From: Eledone cirrhosa
Taxonomy: Eukaryota
Direction of reading: 5' to 3'
Length of the DNA: 64,000 bases
NCBI GenBank assembly: GCA_964016885.1
Contig: OZ024743.1
Location: forward strand, 18,786,001-18,850,000
This document shows positions 1 to 18,115 of this stretch, piece by piece; the first letter of the stretch is position 1; each line of letters begins with the position of its first letter. The position numbers and the translations under genes were made by a program. The notes under the pieces were generated by a model. That model was not told where the DNA came from. It did no database searches and saw nothing but the letters and a program-made list of their open reading frames with translations.

Positions 1-29
1 TTGGTATACCTGTCTACTATTTGTCTAAT

Positions 30-785
30 CTAATTTCGAGCTATGGTGAACTGTGTCTCTGTCTCGTCATCTATTTGTTGTGGTAACCTCGTAGGATAGA
101 TATTACCCATATTATATGTTTTGTCAGCTGGGTTGAAAAATGGTTTCTCTAAGGGGTTGTCATTATATCTATCGTCATAGTTGTGTGTGTTGCTATTATT
201 GTTATCATGGTGGTTGTTGTTGTTTCTATCATTAGCATTATTATTATTGTTATGATTGCTAGATGTATTGTTGTTTACTTCCCCGTTATTGTTGTTGTTA
301 CTGTTATTTCTACCATTGTGGTTGTTACTTTTATTATGTTTCTTGTTTTTGTTGTGTCTATCATTGATGTTGCCACATGTACTATTTCCATTATTACCAC
401 TGTGGTTATTGTTGTTGTTGTTCGTATTGTTACCGTTATTACTACTGTGGTTGCTGCTGCTGTGTCTGTGGTTAATGTTTCTATTATTATTATTATTATT
501 GTGGTTGTTGTTGTTCTGTCTATCGTTAGTATTTTTACCATTATTACTATTTCTCACTTTCCTGCTATTGTTATTGTCATGGCTGTTATTTCTATACTCA
601 GAGTTATTGTTTATATTACAACTACCGTTATTATTGTTGTTGTTATTGTTGTTGTTGTTTACCTTTGCATTCCAACGTATTTTTGTGAAAGACTTTTCCA
701 GCTCCGTTTTGCACTCCATAGGGTTAATCTTGTTTGTAGATGGCAAATTTTGGTGGTAGCTGCAGGATTTGTTATTCTTGTTCAC
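30..785 (-). pseudogene. Probable N-terminal part of a Naiad-like PLE ORF, inverted relative to the downstream RT/EN fragment, with an in-frame (AAC/AAT)n poly-Asn expansion
   Basis: Complex flanks ELEKSFTKIRW and PFFNPADKTYNMGNIYPTRLP enclose the Asn-rich tract. It abuts the + strand PLE fragment at ~790. Family assignment is inference. Confidence 0.5.
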
Positions 786-790
786 TGATT

Positions 791-2240
791 AAATTCTCCA
801 CTCACACTATGCTAAACCCATGGCCTCCAAATACCTGATACTCAAAAACTCAGCAATGTCCAGTAGTGCTAAGTTAAATATTCTGATCGCAGATTTGGTA
901 CGAGTGATGAAGAATGTGTCCCGCATGTGCGACCCAACAGAAATGGAAAGATACATCCAACACTTCATCAACCGCATGCAGTTCTCTGGCTACAACCAAA
1001 GAGACAGAGTTAGAGTATACGAAGGAGCCATGGAGAAGTATAAGACCCTCAAAGAACTGGACATGAAAGGAATTTGCCCATTATACAGGAGCAAATCATG
1101 GAATAGCTTAGATAGGGCTAGACATAAGATAGGGAAAGCCACCTCACGGTACGACAACCAGAGATACCAGAGTGTCATGTTTGTGGACGCTACCCCCGGA
1201 GGGAAATTAGCTAACCTGTGTAGAAAGGCCCTGATAAAGACCCACTTAAAAATTAAGGTGGTAGAAAAGCCAGGAACCACCATAAAATCCCTGATCAGCA
1301 AAACCTACCCTTTTAAGAAAACCCACTGTACCAATAGGAAGTGTATCATATGTAAGGTAAACCCCCGGATAAACTGTAAAACTAGAAACGTAGTCTATAG
1401 CATAAGATGTAGAGAGTCTACTTGCAGAAACATGACAACAACATACATAGGTGAGACAGCTTGTCGCATAGGTGAAAGGATAGACCAACACTGGGGGGAA
1501 CTAAAAGGACGAAAAAACGGGTCAAAAAACGGGTCAGTACTATACGAACATGCAAGACAACAACATGACGGTAACATAGACAACATAGAAATTAGAATAA
1601 TATCTAAACATAGAAATGACCCAGCAGATAGGCAAATCAGAGAGGCCAGTGAAATAGAAATTAGAAGGCCAAGACTAAACAGAAAGAATGAATGGAATAA
1701 CAACAACACCAAACAAACAACACTGACCTAAGAGAAGTATAAATAAGTAAATGAAATAAAATAAAATAAATAAATAAATAAATAATATAAATACACAAAC
1801 ACAATAACGACAAGCACGTAAACACACACTAGTCACCCATCACACAGCAAATAAAACACTATACACACACGCAAACGCATGCGCAAAGAAGACAAAATCA
1901 AATAAACAAACAAGCAAATAAATAAATAAATATATAGACAGACTGAATGAAAATGGCGTAGACATATAATACAACAGAAGCAAACGATAACACCACTGAC
2001 GATTTTGCAGATGTGCAACGAAAGATTTATGATAAACTATATATATGTGTTTGTGTCTATATTGTATCTGTATTATTTTTGACCGTCGGTCAGTCAATGG
2101 CAACATTGAGGACCGAGTAAGTTAGACTACCGACATAAAGACACAGAAGCGAGAAGCGAAAACCAACCAAACAGTGAGTGTGTTCTGTTATTAATTCTGG
2201 CAATATTACACAAATATGACCCTCCCCAAGTATAACAATA
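791..2240 (+). mobile_element. Penelope-like element family A (Naiad-like), 5'-truncated: RT C-terminus, GIY-YIG endonuclease and 3' pLTR
   Basis: Near-identical to 36811-38080. Ends ...CCCTCCCCAAGTATAACAAT directly into (TA)n. HHR-like core CTGACGA...GAAA at 1996-2023. Confidence 0.9.
820..1731 (+). CDS. PLE RT thumb/linker and GIY-YIG endonuclease (partial ORF, 303 aa)
   Basis: HYAKPMAS thumb region, FVDATPGG, Cys linker CTNRKCIIC, VYSIRC...YIGETA, RIDQH, REASEI...LN. Confidence 0.9.
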   Translation: MASKYLILKNSAMSSSAKLNILIADLVRVMKNVSRMCDPTEMERYIQHFINRMQFSGYNQRDRVRVYEGAMEKYKTLKELDMKGICPLYRSKSWNSLDRARHKIGKATSRYDNQRYQSVMFVDATPGGKLANLCRKALIKTHLKIKVVEKPGTTIKSLISKTYPFKKTHCTNRKCIICKVNPRINCKTRNVVYSIRCRESTCRNMTTTYIGETACRIGERIDQHWGELKGRKNGSKNGSVLYEHARQQHDGNIDNIEIRIISKHRNDPADRQIREASEIEIRRPRLNRKNEWNNNNTKQTTLT

Positions 2241-2247
2241 TATATAT

Positions 2248-2330
<83 letters not shown>

Positions 2331-2535
2331 GATATATATCGAAACAGAATACATCTTTAGTCTGTCCGGGTGATGAAATGGTTATTGATATGGTATGTAT
2401 GAGAAATCTTGTAAGAAATCTTGTAACAACCAATATGATTCAGGTTGAATGATATATAACATTTGTGGTGTAATTTACCCTCTTAATTTTAGACACGGGT
2501 TTACTGTGTTTACTTCTACACATATTAATATATAT

Positions 2536-2756
2536 TTATATCTGTATTTTTAACCGTTGGTCAGTCAATGTTAAACATTGATTGCCAAATAAATTAACTA
2601 TGGAGATATAAAATATACATAAGCTAAAACCTACCAAATAGTGAGTGTGTTCTGTTATTATTTTTGCCAATATTATTAGAACAGTATGACCCTCCCCAAG
2701 TATAATAATATTTGTTTCGACACACGATTGCATATAAAAACCCCTTGCAAAACAAA
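2536..2756 (+). mobile_element. Diverged family A pLTR 3' fragment including the ~45 nt tail
   Basis: Similar to 2062-2240 and 37910-38121 (tail ATTTGTTTCGACACACGATT). Confidence 0.8.
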
Positions 2757-3114
2757 TATATATATATATATGTGTGTGTTTGTGTGTATGTGTGTGTGTG
2801 AGAGAGAGAGAGAGAAAGCGATATGTTTATGAACAAACATTTGAAAGCCTCTAGCTATGAGTTTTCGAGACTGAGGCGAAAACATGTATTTTTGACTCCT
2901 ATGTACTAGGGTAGATTGAACTTATTTGCATATAGAGATGTCGGTGGCTCGGCCAGAAAAGACAATATATCGTTAGATAAATAAAATACTCATACTTTTG
3001 CGTATACAGTTATGTGTCAGCGAACATCTGTATGTGTGGTTACCCACAATTGAGTCCGGAACTCACACACACAGACACACTTCTTCCGGTTCCGTATAAC
3101 CATGAAGATCCGCT

Positions 3115-4135
3115 AATTATCAAAGTTAAGTACTCCACCTGTTTGCTGAAAATCATGAATGTTTCATTCTTATAGAATTCTAGTAATAATCAGGAACCAG
3201 CAACCACTCTGTATAATCAGTTCCTGATTATTACTAGAATTCTATAAGAATCAAACATTCATGATTGTCTGCAAACAGGTCGAGTACTTAGCTTTGATAA
3301 TTACCAAAAAGTACGAAACAGAGCTCTGTCAGCTTTATCTGTTTGCTGAAAATTTAAAGTAAGTGAGACTGTCACTACTCTAAAACAATAGCGTAAGGTC
3401 TTCGAAATGATTATAATTTAGCATACAGTGTATTGCAAAATACACTATATATACATTCATATATATATATCGCTATTTCAGAGCAGCAATTCTAATTTTC
3501 AATTTCTACTTGACCGGCAACCGCTCTGAATAATCAGTTCCTGATTATTACTAGAATTCTATAAGAATCAAACATTCATGATTTTCAGGAAACAGGTGGA
3601 GTATTTGGCTTTGATAAGTACCAAAAAGTAGGAAACAGAGCTATGTCAGCTTTATCTCGCCTGTTTGCTGAAAATTTAAAATAAGTGAGACTGTCACTCT
3701 CTAAAACAATGGCGTAATGTTTTCGAAATGCTTTTAATTAAGCATACAGTGTATTGCAAAATACACTATATATACATTCATATATATATTGCTATTTCAG
3801 AGCAACAATTCTAATTTTCAATTTCTGCTTGACCGGCAACCACTCTGTATAATCAGTTCCTGATTATTATTAGTATTCTATAAGAATCAAACATTCATGA
3901 TTTAGAGCAAGCAGGTGGGAGTGCTTAGCTTTGATAAGTAGCAAAAAGTACGAAACAGAGCTCTGTCAGCTTTATCTCCCATGTTTGCTAAACATTTAAA
4001 GTAAGTGAGACTGTCAACACTCTAAAACAATAGCGTAAGGTCTTCGCAATGCTTTTAATTAAGCATAAAATCTATTGCAAAATACACTATATATACATTC
4101 ATATATATATCGCTATTTCAGAGCAAAAATTCTAA
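3115..4135 (+). mobile_element. Retrozyme-like tandem array: about three ~318-nt non-coding monomers, each with a hammerhead, preceded by an inverted ~83-nt piece (3115-3197)
   Basis: Predicted cleavage sites after 3330, 3647 and 3967 (periods 317 and 320). No long ORF. Ends in (TA)n. Confidence 0.85.
3290..3334 (+). ncRNA. Type I hammerhead ribozyme, U3:A8 variant (further copies at 3607-3651 and 3927-3971)
   Basis: AGCT-TTGATAA-[consensus GTAC caaaaa GTAC]-GAAA-CAGAGCTCTG-TC^AGCT. Palindromic stem III, GUC triplet, stem I extended by CAGCAAACAGG / CCTGTTTGCTG-type pairing. Confidence 0.85.
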
Positions 4136-4158
4136 TATATATATATATATATATATAT

Positions 4159-4895
4159 CGACCAATCTCTTCACGGATTACACATATGTGAACCTTGATC
4201 CAGAGAATCCACCGCATCCACCGGATTTTACTCAGCATTCCACCACATATTTTTACGGAATTACCTTTATGACTCACCCCACACAAACACCCAACAAAAT
4301 TTGTTTTCCCACACGCCACCTACATCCACAACACGCATAAACACCACACACACACGTGCGTACCACCACATATTTACACATTCAGCCTCCGGAATCCTCT
4401 GCCCCCAACCCTCTATCCACACACGCACACACACTCCGACCTACACCCAACCGCACACACACCTCTTCCTGAACACGCCACCCCGTTCTTCCCCCAACCC
4501 TTGCTTTCACATACACACACACACACGTACACCTACACACACACACCATCTTCAGTCCTCCCCGCTCAGACACCCTGTCTCCCTCTCCCCACTCCACCCG
4601 CCACCAGCCATACACGTCCCACACCCTTCCACCACCTGTTTCACCCCATTTTAATTTTATTTTGATCATGCCTTTATTTTTAATTTTATTTGTACCGTTT
4701 CCTCTCACCCCCTTTTTGCTATATGTCTCTCCACCACTCCCCTACACACCCTTTGAACTCTATTCCCACACACTTTTCACCTGAAGAAGGGCTTATGCCC
4801 GAAACGTCATTCCCCACCACCACCCCACTCTCAATACCGGAAAATTAATAAACCTTTGTTTGTACTGCTTCTCTGCTTTGTTCCCGTTCAATTTT

Positions 4896-4900
<5 letters not shown>
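4159..4900 (+). mobile_element. PLE 3' UTR/pLTR fragment with minimal HHR motif (4781-4808) and AATAAA (4847)
   Basis: CTGAAGA-A-GGGC-TTAT-GCCC-GAAA-CGTC, then a poly(A) signal. Flanked by (TA)n on both sides. Confidence 0.65.
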
Positions 4901-9656
<4,756 letters not shown>

Positions 9657-9716
9657 ATAACAATAACAATAATAATAATAATAATAATACAATGTGGAGA
9701 GGAAGCACACGAGTTA

Positions 9717-9765
<49 letters not shown>

Positions 9766-9767
9766 TA

Positions 9768-11574
9768 TGAAAGCAGGGAGAAAGAGACGATTATTAGGAA
9801 GAAAACTTTTTGTTTTCCTTTTTTGTTTTTCTCTCTCTTTTTTCTGGGTTAGAAAATGATTAAAACGAAATGTTTTACTTTGTGTGAAGTGTTAAGGTAT
9901 TAGTTGATTTATTTATTATTTAACAATGGCATTTATATATTTAATTATTGTCTATTACCGGTTTCAGCATTTGTATGCATTATCAAATGATAGTGAAATG
10001 TATTAGTGTGTGTCGCACATGTTATAAAGAAGGCGCAGAAAGAATAACGCTATTTACAAACAAGGTTTATGAAGTGAAAAGAAAAAAAAAAGGAAAATAT
10101 ACGTGCATAATGTCGACATAAAAAGTCAATATGGAAGAAAAAATAATGTTATTTACAAGCATAGTCATTGAAGTTAAGCAGATCAAAAGCAAGGGTGCTT
10201 AGTTGATCCATGATTCCGTGATGGAGGCAAATGGTGGACTGAGGTTTTTGATATGATTTCCCTTTTTAGAGAGTTAATATGCAGGGGGGTAGCAATTCTT
10301 GCTGGATGCTATTTAATTTATTTAAGAAAAATGATTAGGTAGGGTGTGAGGGAGTTAACTCTTGTAAATGTTTGATTGTTTGTTGCAGTTTTAGATTGGT
10401 CCGATGTTTAGAGCATTAAGTAGGGGTTGGATTTATTAATGAAATATGTTTCCTTATTGGTACGTTGGATGAAAATGCGTTGTCTAGAAATTTGTAAATG
10501 GGGAAAATTTTAAAGTTTGGATGTTGGTTGTGAGCACAATTGGCGATTTGTTCAATAAATGCAATGTTTCTGTATTCCTGTATTTTAATTTAATTTGTAT
10601 TTATGGACAGTCATACGTTGGGGGAGGCTGTTCTCTGCCTGTCCTATGTAGTGCTCTTGACAACCTTAGCAGGTCAAAACATAGATAAGGTTTTCAGATG
10701 CAAATGTAAAGTTGTGTTTAAATGTGAAACGCTGTCCTTGTTTAAAATGGAATGTTGGACCTTCTAATAGATTTATGCATATGCCAAAATTGGGCCTTCC
10801 GAATTTTGTTACTGTAGGGTTCATTGTCAGGGTTTGTTGGATTTTGGCTTGTGTGAGGATGTTTTGTATGGATTTAGGTTGTCTTTTGCTCTTTATGATG
10901 TTGTGTTTTGGGAGGATGTTGTTCATTCTTGGGTCTCTTTTTAGTAATGGAATGTTCTGGAGGATGGTATCGAATGCCTCATTGTTGAGGCGGTTGGGTG
11001 TGTTGGCTATGGTAGAGTTTTTAGTTGCGGTTCATTCCTGGGTTTGGGGTGTCTGAGTTCCTGGATGTCTAATTTTTAGGGCATATTGGAATCCATTGGT
11101 GATTAGGGATGGTAGGTAATTTCTGCTGATAAGTGTGTTTTTTTAATTCTTCTAGTCGTATGTAGCATGTGTATTTATCTGAATCTATTGTGCAGATCAT
11201 ACTGGCTAGGTTATAAGGAATTGCTATTTTGGTGTGTCTAGGGAGGCACGAGTTGAATGGAAGGTTTGTTTGTAAATAACATTAATCTTTCTGTACCTTC
11301 TGTTTAACATGTGCGACACCAGACTAATACATTTCACTATCATTTGATAATGCATAACATGCTGACACTTGTAATAGACAATAATTAAATATATAAATAG
11401 ATACATAAATGCCATTGTTAAATAATAAATAAATCAACTAATACCTTAATACTTCACATAATGTAAAACATTTCGTTTTAATCATTTTCTAACCCAGAAA
11501 AAAGAGAGAGAGAAACAAAAAAGGAAAACCATATATTTTTCCTCTAAATAATCGTCTCTTCCTCCCTGCTTTCA
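9768..11574 (-). mobile_element. Neptune-like PLE (family D), decayed, with ~300-bp inverted pLTR arms (9768-10066 / 11266-11574)
   Basis: Minus-strand SKRQPKSIQNILT...NLIYVLTC followed by a YIG remnant. Termini TGAAAGCAGGGAG / CTCCCTGCTTTCA in (TA)n. HHR motif TTGATAA..GAAACCGGTA at 9952-9993 (-). Confidence 0.8.
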
Positions 11575-11578
11575 TATA

Positions 11579-11706
<128 letters not shown>

Positions 11707-13535
11707 ATAATAATAAAAAGAAGTCTCGGCATGTATAACATATATATATATATAAATATATAAAACAATAGAGCAAATATTTATTAAAATAACAGATTTA
11801 TATATATATATATAAAATTAAAATATTACATTTAGGTATAAAATTCAAACTTCTTAGTGATGCAAAGTGTAAGACTATGGCATATGTTCACTCTAGATGT
11901 TTAATGTTACTGTAGCACTATAGAAAATATATTATATTAAGAGGCAACTCATTATAGGGAAGTGTTAAGATAGTGCTAGACGTTATTATTCCCCACCGTT
12001 AATTATGTAAAAGGTGCAAAGAAAGATTAGAGTGTGTCAAATTATTTACTGCTATGAAGAGATAACTTCAGATGGTGAAGTCATATATCTTCAATATAAC
12101 TGTTATATGCCCCAGCAAGATTCATGTTCACAAGCTGCAAGTAGCTGATTTCAAATTGTTCAGAATATGCAATAATAGTCGTTAGTTACTAACTGATCTT
12201 TTAAGGAAGATAGGAGATTTTGTGCAAAGGAGACACGTCTGTAATTAAGTGTTGATTCTATTTCACTATAATTAGTAGATCATAATTGAAAAAATTATCC
12301 GTTCATAGCTTCATAATTACGTGATTATTGTAGGCTTTTACATAACAATAAGTATAAATCATAGTTAGACTCATTATGTCATTTGCTTTCAAGGCGTTAG
12401 ACATATCCAAACTCGTAAGAAAGTCAGTAAGTGACAAATAATATTCGCATATCCATGAACATTGTATTTAACAAAACCTGAACATGAAAATGCAAAGTCA
12501 GTTTTGGATAAATATAGTTAGTGCCTGAAATATCTCATACAACTAGCCTAAGTACTCTAAATTCCAAAACATACCATTAAGGAAAAAAACATCTGCTCAG
12601 TTGTTATTTTATTAAGAGCTACGATGTGTCTGCATTTAAGACATGCTTTCTCAAACAGTTTATAAAGCAATTAATAGTACTTGACTTTAAATAAACTTTC
12701 TTCAATAAAATATCAATTAAATAATTAAGAAAAAAACATTCTAGTTAAATTGTAACTATCGCCAGTATTAATTTCTAAAATACAAATAGTACCACATTTA
12801 TTGGCGGCAGATTTGTTGATAAAATATATCTGAGAATAAATTCCCTTAAAGAACATGTCACATCTTTCTATTTAGTCCATTACGCATAAATGAAAAAATG
12901 AAAATTATGCGGCACTTAACCGATACAAAAATAGCAAAATAAAAATGTCATCAATTACATACAACCTCGCATATACCGGGTGAGTGAAGTTATTGAGAAA
13001 GGAGATATACCTCTTTAAGGTACTTAATTTATCGACAGCAACGTCTGGGACCCCGGGATCAAATTTAGTTAAAACGTTAAAATATATACGCAAATGTAAG
13101 CAGTGAGTTTTCTAATATTTTACTTCATATTTTTATAAAATCAAAAGAAGTGAAGTAGGAATAAAGGCCAATCTCGCTATCTTCAATTCGGTATTTGTGC
13201 TGACACTTAACGATGTTAGTGAATCTTGAGTAATAACACAAAGAATAACATCGTAAGAACAAGAGGCCGAAATGTAGTTCCTCCAAAAGGTATTTGCATT
13301 AACGTTATTTGTACGTAGCACAGATATCAGAAAGTCACTCCAGGTAGAGCCGCTACTTCTCCAAATTGAGAGATCACAGCTCAGATAACATGAGCATGCA
13401 CTTAGAATGTCTCAGGAAAGAATCGTAGGCCAGATTTTGCGGGGAATAAGAACCAGACGCAGACACATGAGTAAAGCCCAAACAAACAAACAATTCGCCC
13501 TCACACACACAGTGACAGACAGACACAGGCGCGCG

Positions 13536-13575
<40 letters not shown>

Positions 13576-13586
13576 AACACACACAC

Positions 13587-13618
<32 letters not shown>

Positions 13619-13629
13619 ATACACACACA

Positions 13630-13686
<57 letters not shown>

Positions 13687-14237
13687 TAATAAAAACAATG
13701 AAATAAAATATATATATATAAGATATTTGACAACTCCGAAAACGCGTCTTCCAGAGTTCCATCAGCTGTCGACATTTTACACTTGCTCCTACTGCTACTC
13801 CCATTGTAATATAGTATTGATTTCGTCGTCGTTATTTCCCAATTCATTTCCTTCTTTCTTCGAATAGACATCTGTAGATCCTTGCGCGCTTGAGTGCGAT
13901 GATATATTGAGAAATGTCAGTAATATTTGCAATAATAAATCCAACTGATGTTAAAAGTATTACATAGATATTCAATTGTTATTTTGTTTGAGCATTAAGA
14001 TTTTATACAGTTATTGATATTTGTTGAATATATTTAACCCAAATAGATTTTATTTTATCGCACGGAACGTAATAGTAAAGTGACTATGACAAAAAACGAA
14101 CATACAGCTTATATTTTGTAAGTATATCATGGTTTCGTTGAAACAATGTTGCTTTTAATAACTACATACAATATAACAGAAATGTGATGATGCTACTTTT
14201 TCTCTCTCACACGCACACTCCTCCCCTCTCTCTCTAG

Positions 14238-14295
<58 letters not shown>

Positions 14296-14301
<6 letters not shown>

Positions 14302-14640
14302 GTGAGGTTTTTTTTACAAATTGAAAAATAACCGAGGTGTCCTACACGAGTGAAAGTATAAAGAAAAAGAGATGAAATCCAAATTGCAACTGGAGTCTTA
14401 TTATTTTTTTAAATATATATATTTATTTGGTTCCTTTACCGGTTTCGCAGTTCTTCTGCTTTTCAAAAGTAGAGTTGAGATGGAGGGTCTGTTGTTTTTC
14501 TCACATCTGGTTGGTCGATGAATGTTACTTGTTTTATATGGAAAAAGTGGCTCGAAATGCCAGGTTTTTCGAGAAGTAATTTGATTGGTTGGTCAATAAT
14601 TATAATACATTTCGCGCCAGTTCGCGTTACATTAGTTCTT
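14296..14640 (-). mobile_element. PLE pLTR fragment with minimal HHR (14434-14469, U3:A8 variant)
   Basis: Minus strand CTT-TTGAAAA-GCAG-aagaa-CTGC-GAAA-CCGG-TA^AAG followed by AATAAA. Abuts (TA)n. Confidence 0.6.
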
Positions 14641-14903
14641 CAAATAAGAGGATTGGGGGGGGGGGGGGGAGATATATATACATATATGCTTGTATATATA
14701 CATATGTATGTGACTATGGATATATGTATCGATATATCTGTTTGTATATGTAAATATCCATTGTATAACGTTGGATGCAAAAATAATATTTATAAACATA
14801 ATGCAAGAGAGGAATATTTCCAATAACTACAAAGGACGAATGCATACACACACGCACACACACTCTCTCTCTCTATCTATCTCTATATCACTCTATCTCT
14901 CTC

Positions 14904-14934
<31 letters not shown>

Positions 14935-14952
14935 GCACGCACACATACACAG

Positions 14953-14983
<31 letters not shown>

Positions 14984-15637
14984 TGTATGTATATGTATAT
15001 AATTTTCCACCCTGTGTGTTTATACTACACCGCTAATTAACATGTGCAAGCATATATCGATCTAGCAAAATTTGTGCGCCGAACGTTTACATATGTTAGT
15101 CTCCGGGGGCAGTTAAATGTATTATATAGAAGATACTTCAGTAACCACACTTATATTCTGAATTTTGCTGAAAAGATGGAGAATTTCTATGGATAATCAG
15201 CGTGGTTTTATAAAATAAAATAATGTATAATATAAACAAATATAATATAACATAAAGTTAAACGAACAACAAAATCTTTTCTAAAGCAGAGTAGTGTAAC
15301 ATACCTAATTGAAGTCACGCCTAGTTTATCTAATTAGCAAATCGATACATTTGACTAGGGAATCACTTACGTTCCTACACATTTTCTATTCTTTAAAAAG
15401 ATATTTATATTATATCTATTTAAAAGGTGGTAGAAGTGAATATATGGTGGGAAACTTAATTAAGCAATATGAAGTATCGCGGAATAATAAAAATATCAAA
15501 AATATTTTATTATAATTATAGTTGTTATTATTATTTCCCGCCACCACCACCACTACTACTACTATTACTACTACCACTACTACCGCTGCTACTGATAATA
15601 ATAACAATAATAATAATAATAACAACAACAACAACAG

Positions 15638-16530
15638 CAAAGAGAAAGAACTGTGGTATAAGGCAAATCAGTGTGGATCATTGTATAATGAGTGAAAGGA
15701 GCACGCTTGAATATCTTTGGTAAGAAGTAATGTGTTCTTGCAATGTGCAGCAGAAGATATAGTTACAAATACTGTTAAAATAGTTGAAAAGGTAGAATTT
15801 AACCAAATGAACAGAAGAGAAAAAAATGAAGATATTGTAGGAATGAGAATGCATGGTCATCTTCAGAGAAATACACAGGATACCAAGAATAGAACACTAT
15901 GGACATGGCATAAGGAAGGCGTTTGAAACATATAACATATTATTGAAAGCATTATAGTTGTACCACAAGACCAAATTCTTGTTTACATTTCGGTGAAATA
16001 TAACCTCTACAAACCTTCTGACACCCAGAAATGCAGGCTCTGTGGAAAGAATGTGGCAAATGTAGCCCACCTGGTAACTAGATGTGAGAGCCTTGTGCAA
16101 ACAGAATACAAGAGCCGCCATGATAAAATATCTATCTATTAACTCATTGGCTTCTGTGTCATAAATACCGATATATAGCCATAGGATTGGTATGGGCATG
16201 TGCCTTGTAAATTAATGCTAGAGGATAGAAAAGGAAGAATATTCTGGGATTATGGTTTTCAAACTGATAGAATAATTGAGCATTGTCGATTGGACATTTT
16301 CGTCTTACACATTAAAGATAAATACAATCAGATCATCGTTGTGGCCATACAAAATGACATGAATATTGTGAGCAAATTCAATTAAATTATTGCCTAGGAC
16401 TGTGAATTGAAAGTGGAGCTAACAAGACTATTTGAAATACAAAAGGGTAATGTGAAATTTATAGTTAGAGTGACTGAGAATACGATACAGGATGTGCCTT
16501 TGCTAGGTACCTGAAAAATTGGGCGAAAGT
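15638..16530 (+). pseudogene. Decayed 3' portion of an R4/Dong-like LINE
   Basis: Fragments ISVDHCI, MHGHL, CRLCG..VAHLV..C, SRHD, IFWDYGFQTDRIIEHCRLDI parallel the C-terminus of the 6189 ORF. Preceded by (TAA/CAA)n. Confidence 0.75.
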
Positions 16531-17720
16531 ACTATCTGTCCGAGATCTTTGTTACGACTTGTCAGGTGACTGAATACACCAGTGCATTGTCCATCTGCTC
16601 TACGTTTCTGAGTAATTAAAATAAATATAACAATTTCATTATTGGCCGCAAGTGCCAACATATACTGGACAAAGACTCGGAGCATTCGGAGTTTACAAAC
16701 AGCTCCATTACGTAAAGTTATAACAACCAAATATATAACAAAGAAACTTCTCTAAATGGAGTGTCTCACGAAGTGTGACTCGGCACCACGACCCTTCCTA
16801 AACCACCCTACTCTTCAAGAGTAGCATAGGAGGGCACCCGTCACATCTCCAAAATATCCAGACTATAGGTGTATGGTTAAAATAGGCCAATTCTCGGAGT
16901 CCCTCGTCGCTACATTCACCCACGTTTTACGAAATAAACTAAAGGGCAGCAGCGAACAACCCACCCTTACTTTCCCTTCCAAGTGGAACTTAAAAAAGTC
17001 TCAGTCTGCCTTCAGTACTTTAGGCTACTTCCACCATAAAACACTCCTTCGCTTTTAGTACTCTATATAACACTTGATTGAAAATTCCACTGAACGAAAG
17101 GCCCGACTGGTAGAGTGCAGTGAGCAGCTGGCAACATGCAAGATGCCAGCCGCACATTCTCGTTTATGCTTGATCCTCTAATGCAGCTGAGTCTAATTGA
17201 CGAGCCGTGGAAATTCTTGTTTCACAAATGGTCACCTTATATATTCGCCGTTTAGGTCTAACTGGAGACGCCCCTAGTCTCTTTGGCAAGTTAATGAGGA
17301 ATAGGTGTTCCAATTTGGCAATTTCTGAACGGGGCAAGGAACAACAGCTCACTGATAATTGATGACGGAAGCGTTATACACGTTTACTACGTCTAACCGA
17401 CCTTTCAGGCATTTCCTCTCGGTCCATATTTTTGTGAGAACAGTCATTCTTTTCGTTACCTCTACCCAGTTGTTATCGACCTGTAGGTCGGGACTTAACC
17501 AGAAACCAAGCAACTCCATCTGTCCACCTATGCATTGCCCGACGACGCAGTTGAATGATATTTATTGAACATTCCAGGAGCCGGGCTGCAAACCCACCTA
17601 CTTTTCCGGGTTGATCATTGTTCTAGTTTATCACTGCACTGAGCAGTTATCGACTATCTTGATTTCTGAAAATTCTGACAAATTCACGATGATATTCTGT
17701 GCATATGAGGTCGATGATCA
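16520..17720 (-). pseudogene. Highly decayed L1/Tx1-like ORF2 RT relic
   Basis: Hand-translated minus-strand remnants SYAQNII (YADD position), MINPEK*VGLQPGSW, MELLGFWLSPDLQVDNNW. Confidence 0.5.
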
Positions 17721-17955
17721 AGACGATACAAAAGTCAATGCTTCGCATATATCACCTCTCTCCATTGAATTTCTCTATTAACCTCAAACCTAGATTAATG
17801 GTGATCTCCGTATTAGGTGAATATGTAAACGCCACGATACACATATCAATATCATACTCAAATAATTTCAATCAGCTTATGTAACTACCATGAATGTTAG
17901 GTAAAAGTTTAACAGATATTTTCTTAAAGATAAAAATGGATCAAGAAATGCAGAC

Positions 17956-18113
<158 letters not shown>

Positions 18114-18115
18114 AT

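Noticed and set aside
183-788. Hydrophobic plus-strand ORFs (poly-V/I/L) resembling membrane proteins
   Set aside because: They are antisense readings of an (AAC/AAT)n tract.
820-2240. Selenoprotein/SECIS, since some Naiad PLEs encode selenocysteine
   Set aside because: No in-frame TGA at Cys positions in the visible fragments and no convincing SECIS by eye. The TGA at 37504 replaces Trp in one arm only.
3198-4135. CRISPR array or simple satellite
   Set aside because: No unique spacers, eukaryotic context, and dispersed relatives with inversions.
13730-13775. HHR-like words GAAAACGCGTC (+) and CTGATGG (-)
   Set aside because: The two half-cores are on opposite strands, so no valid fold results.
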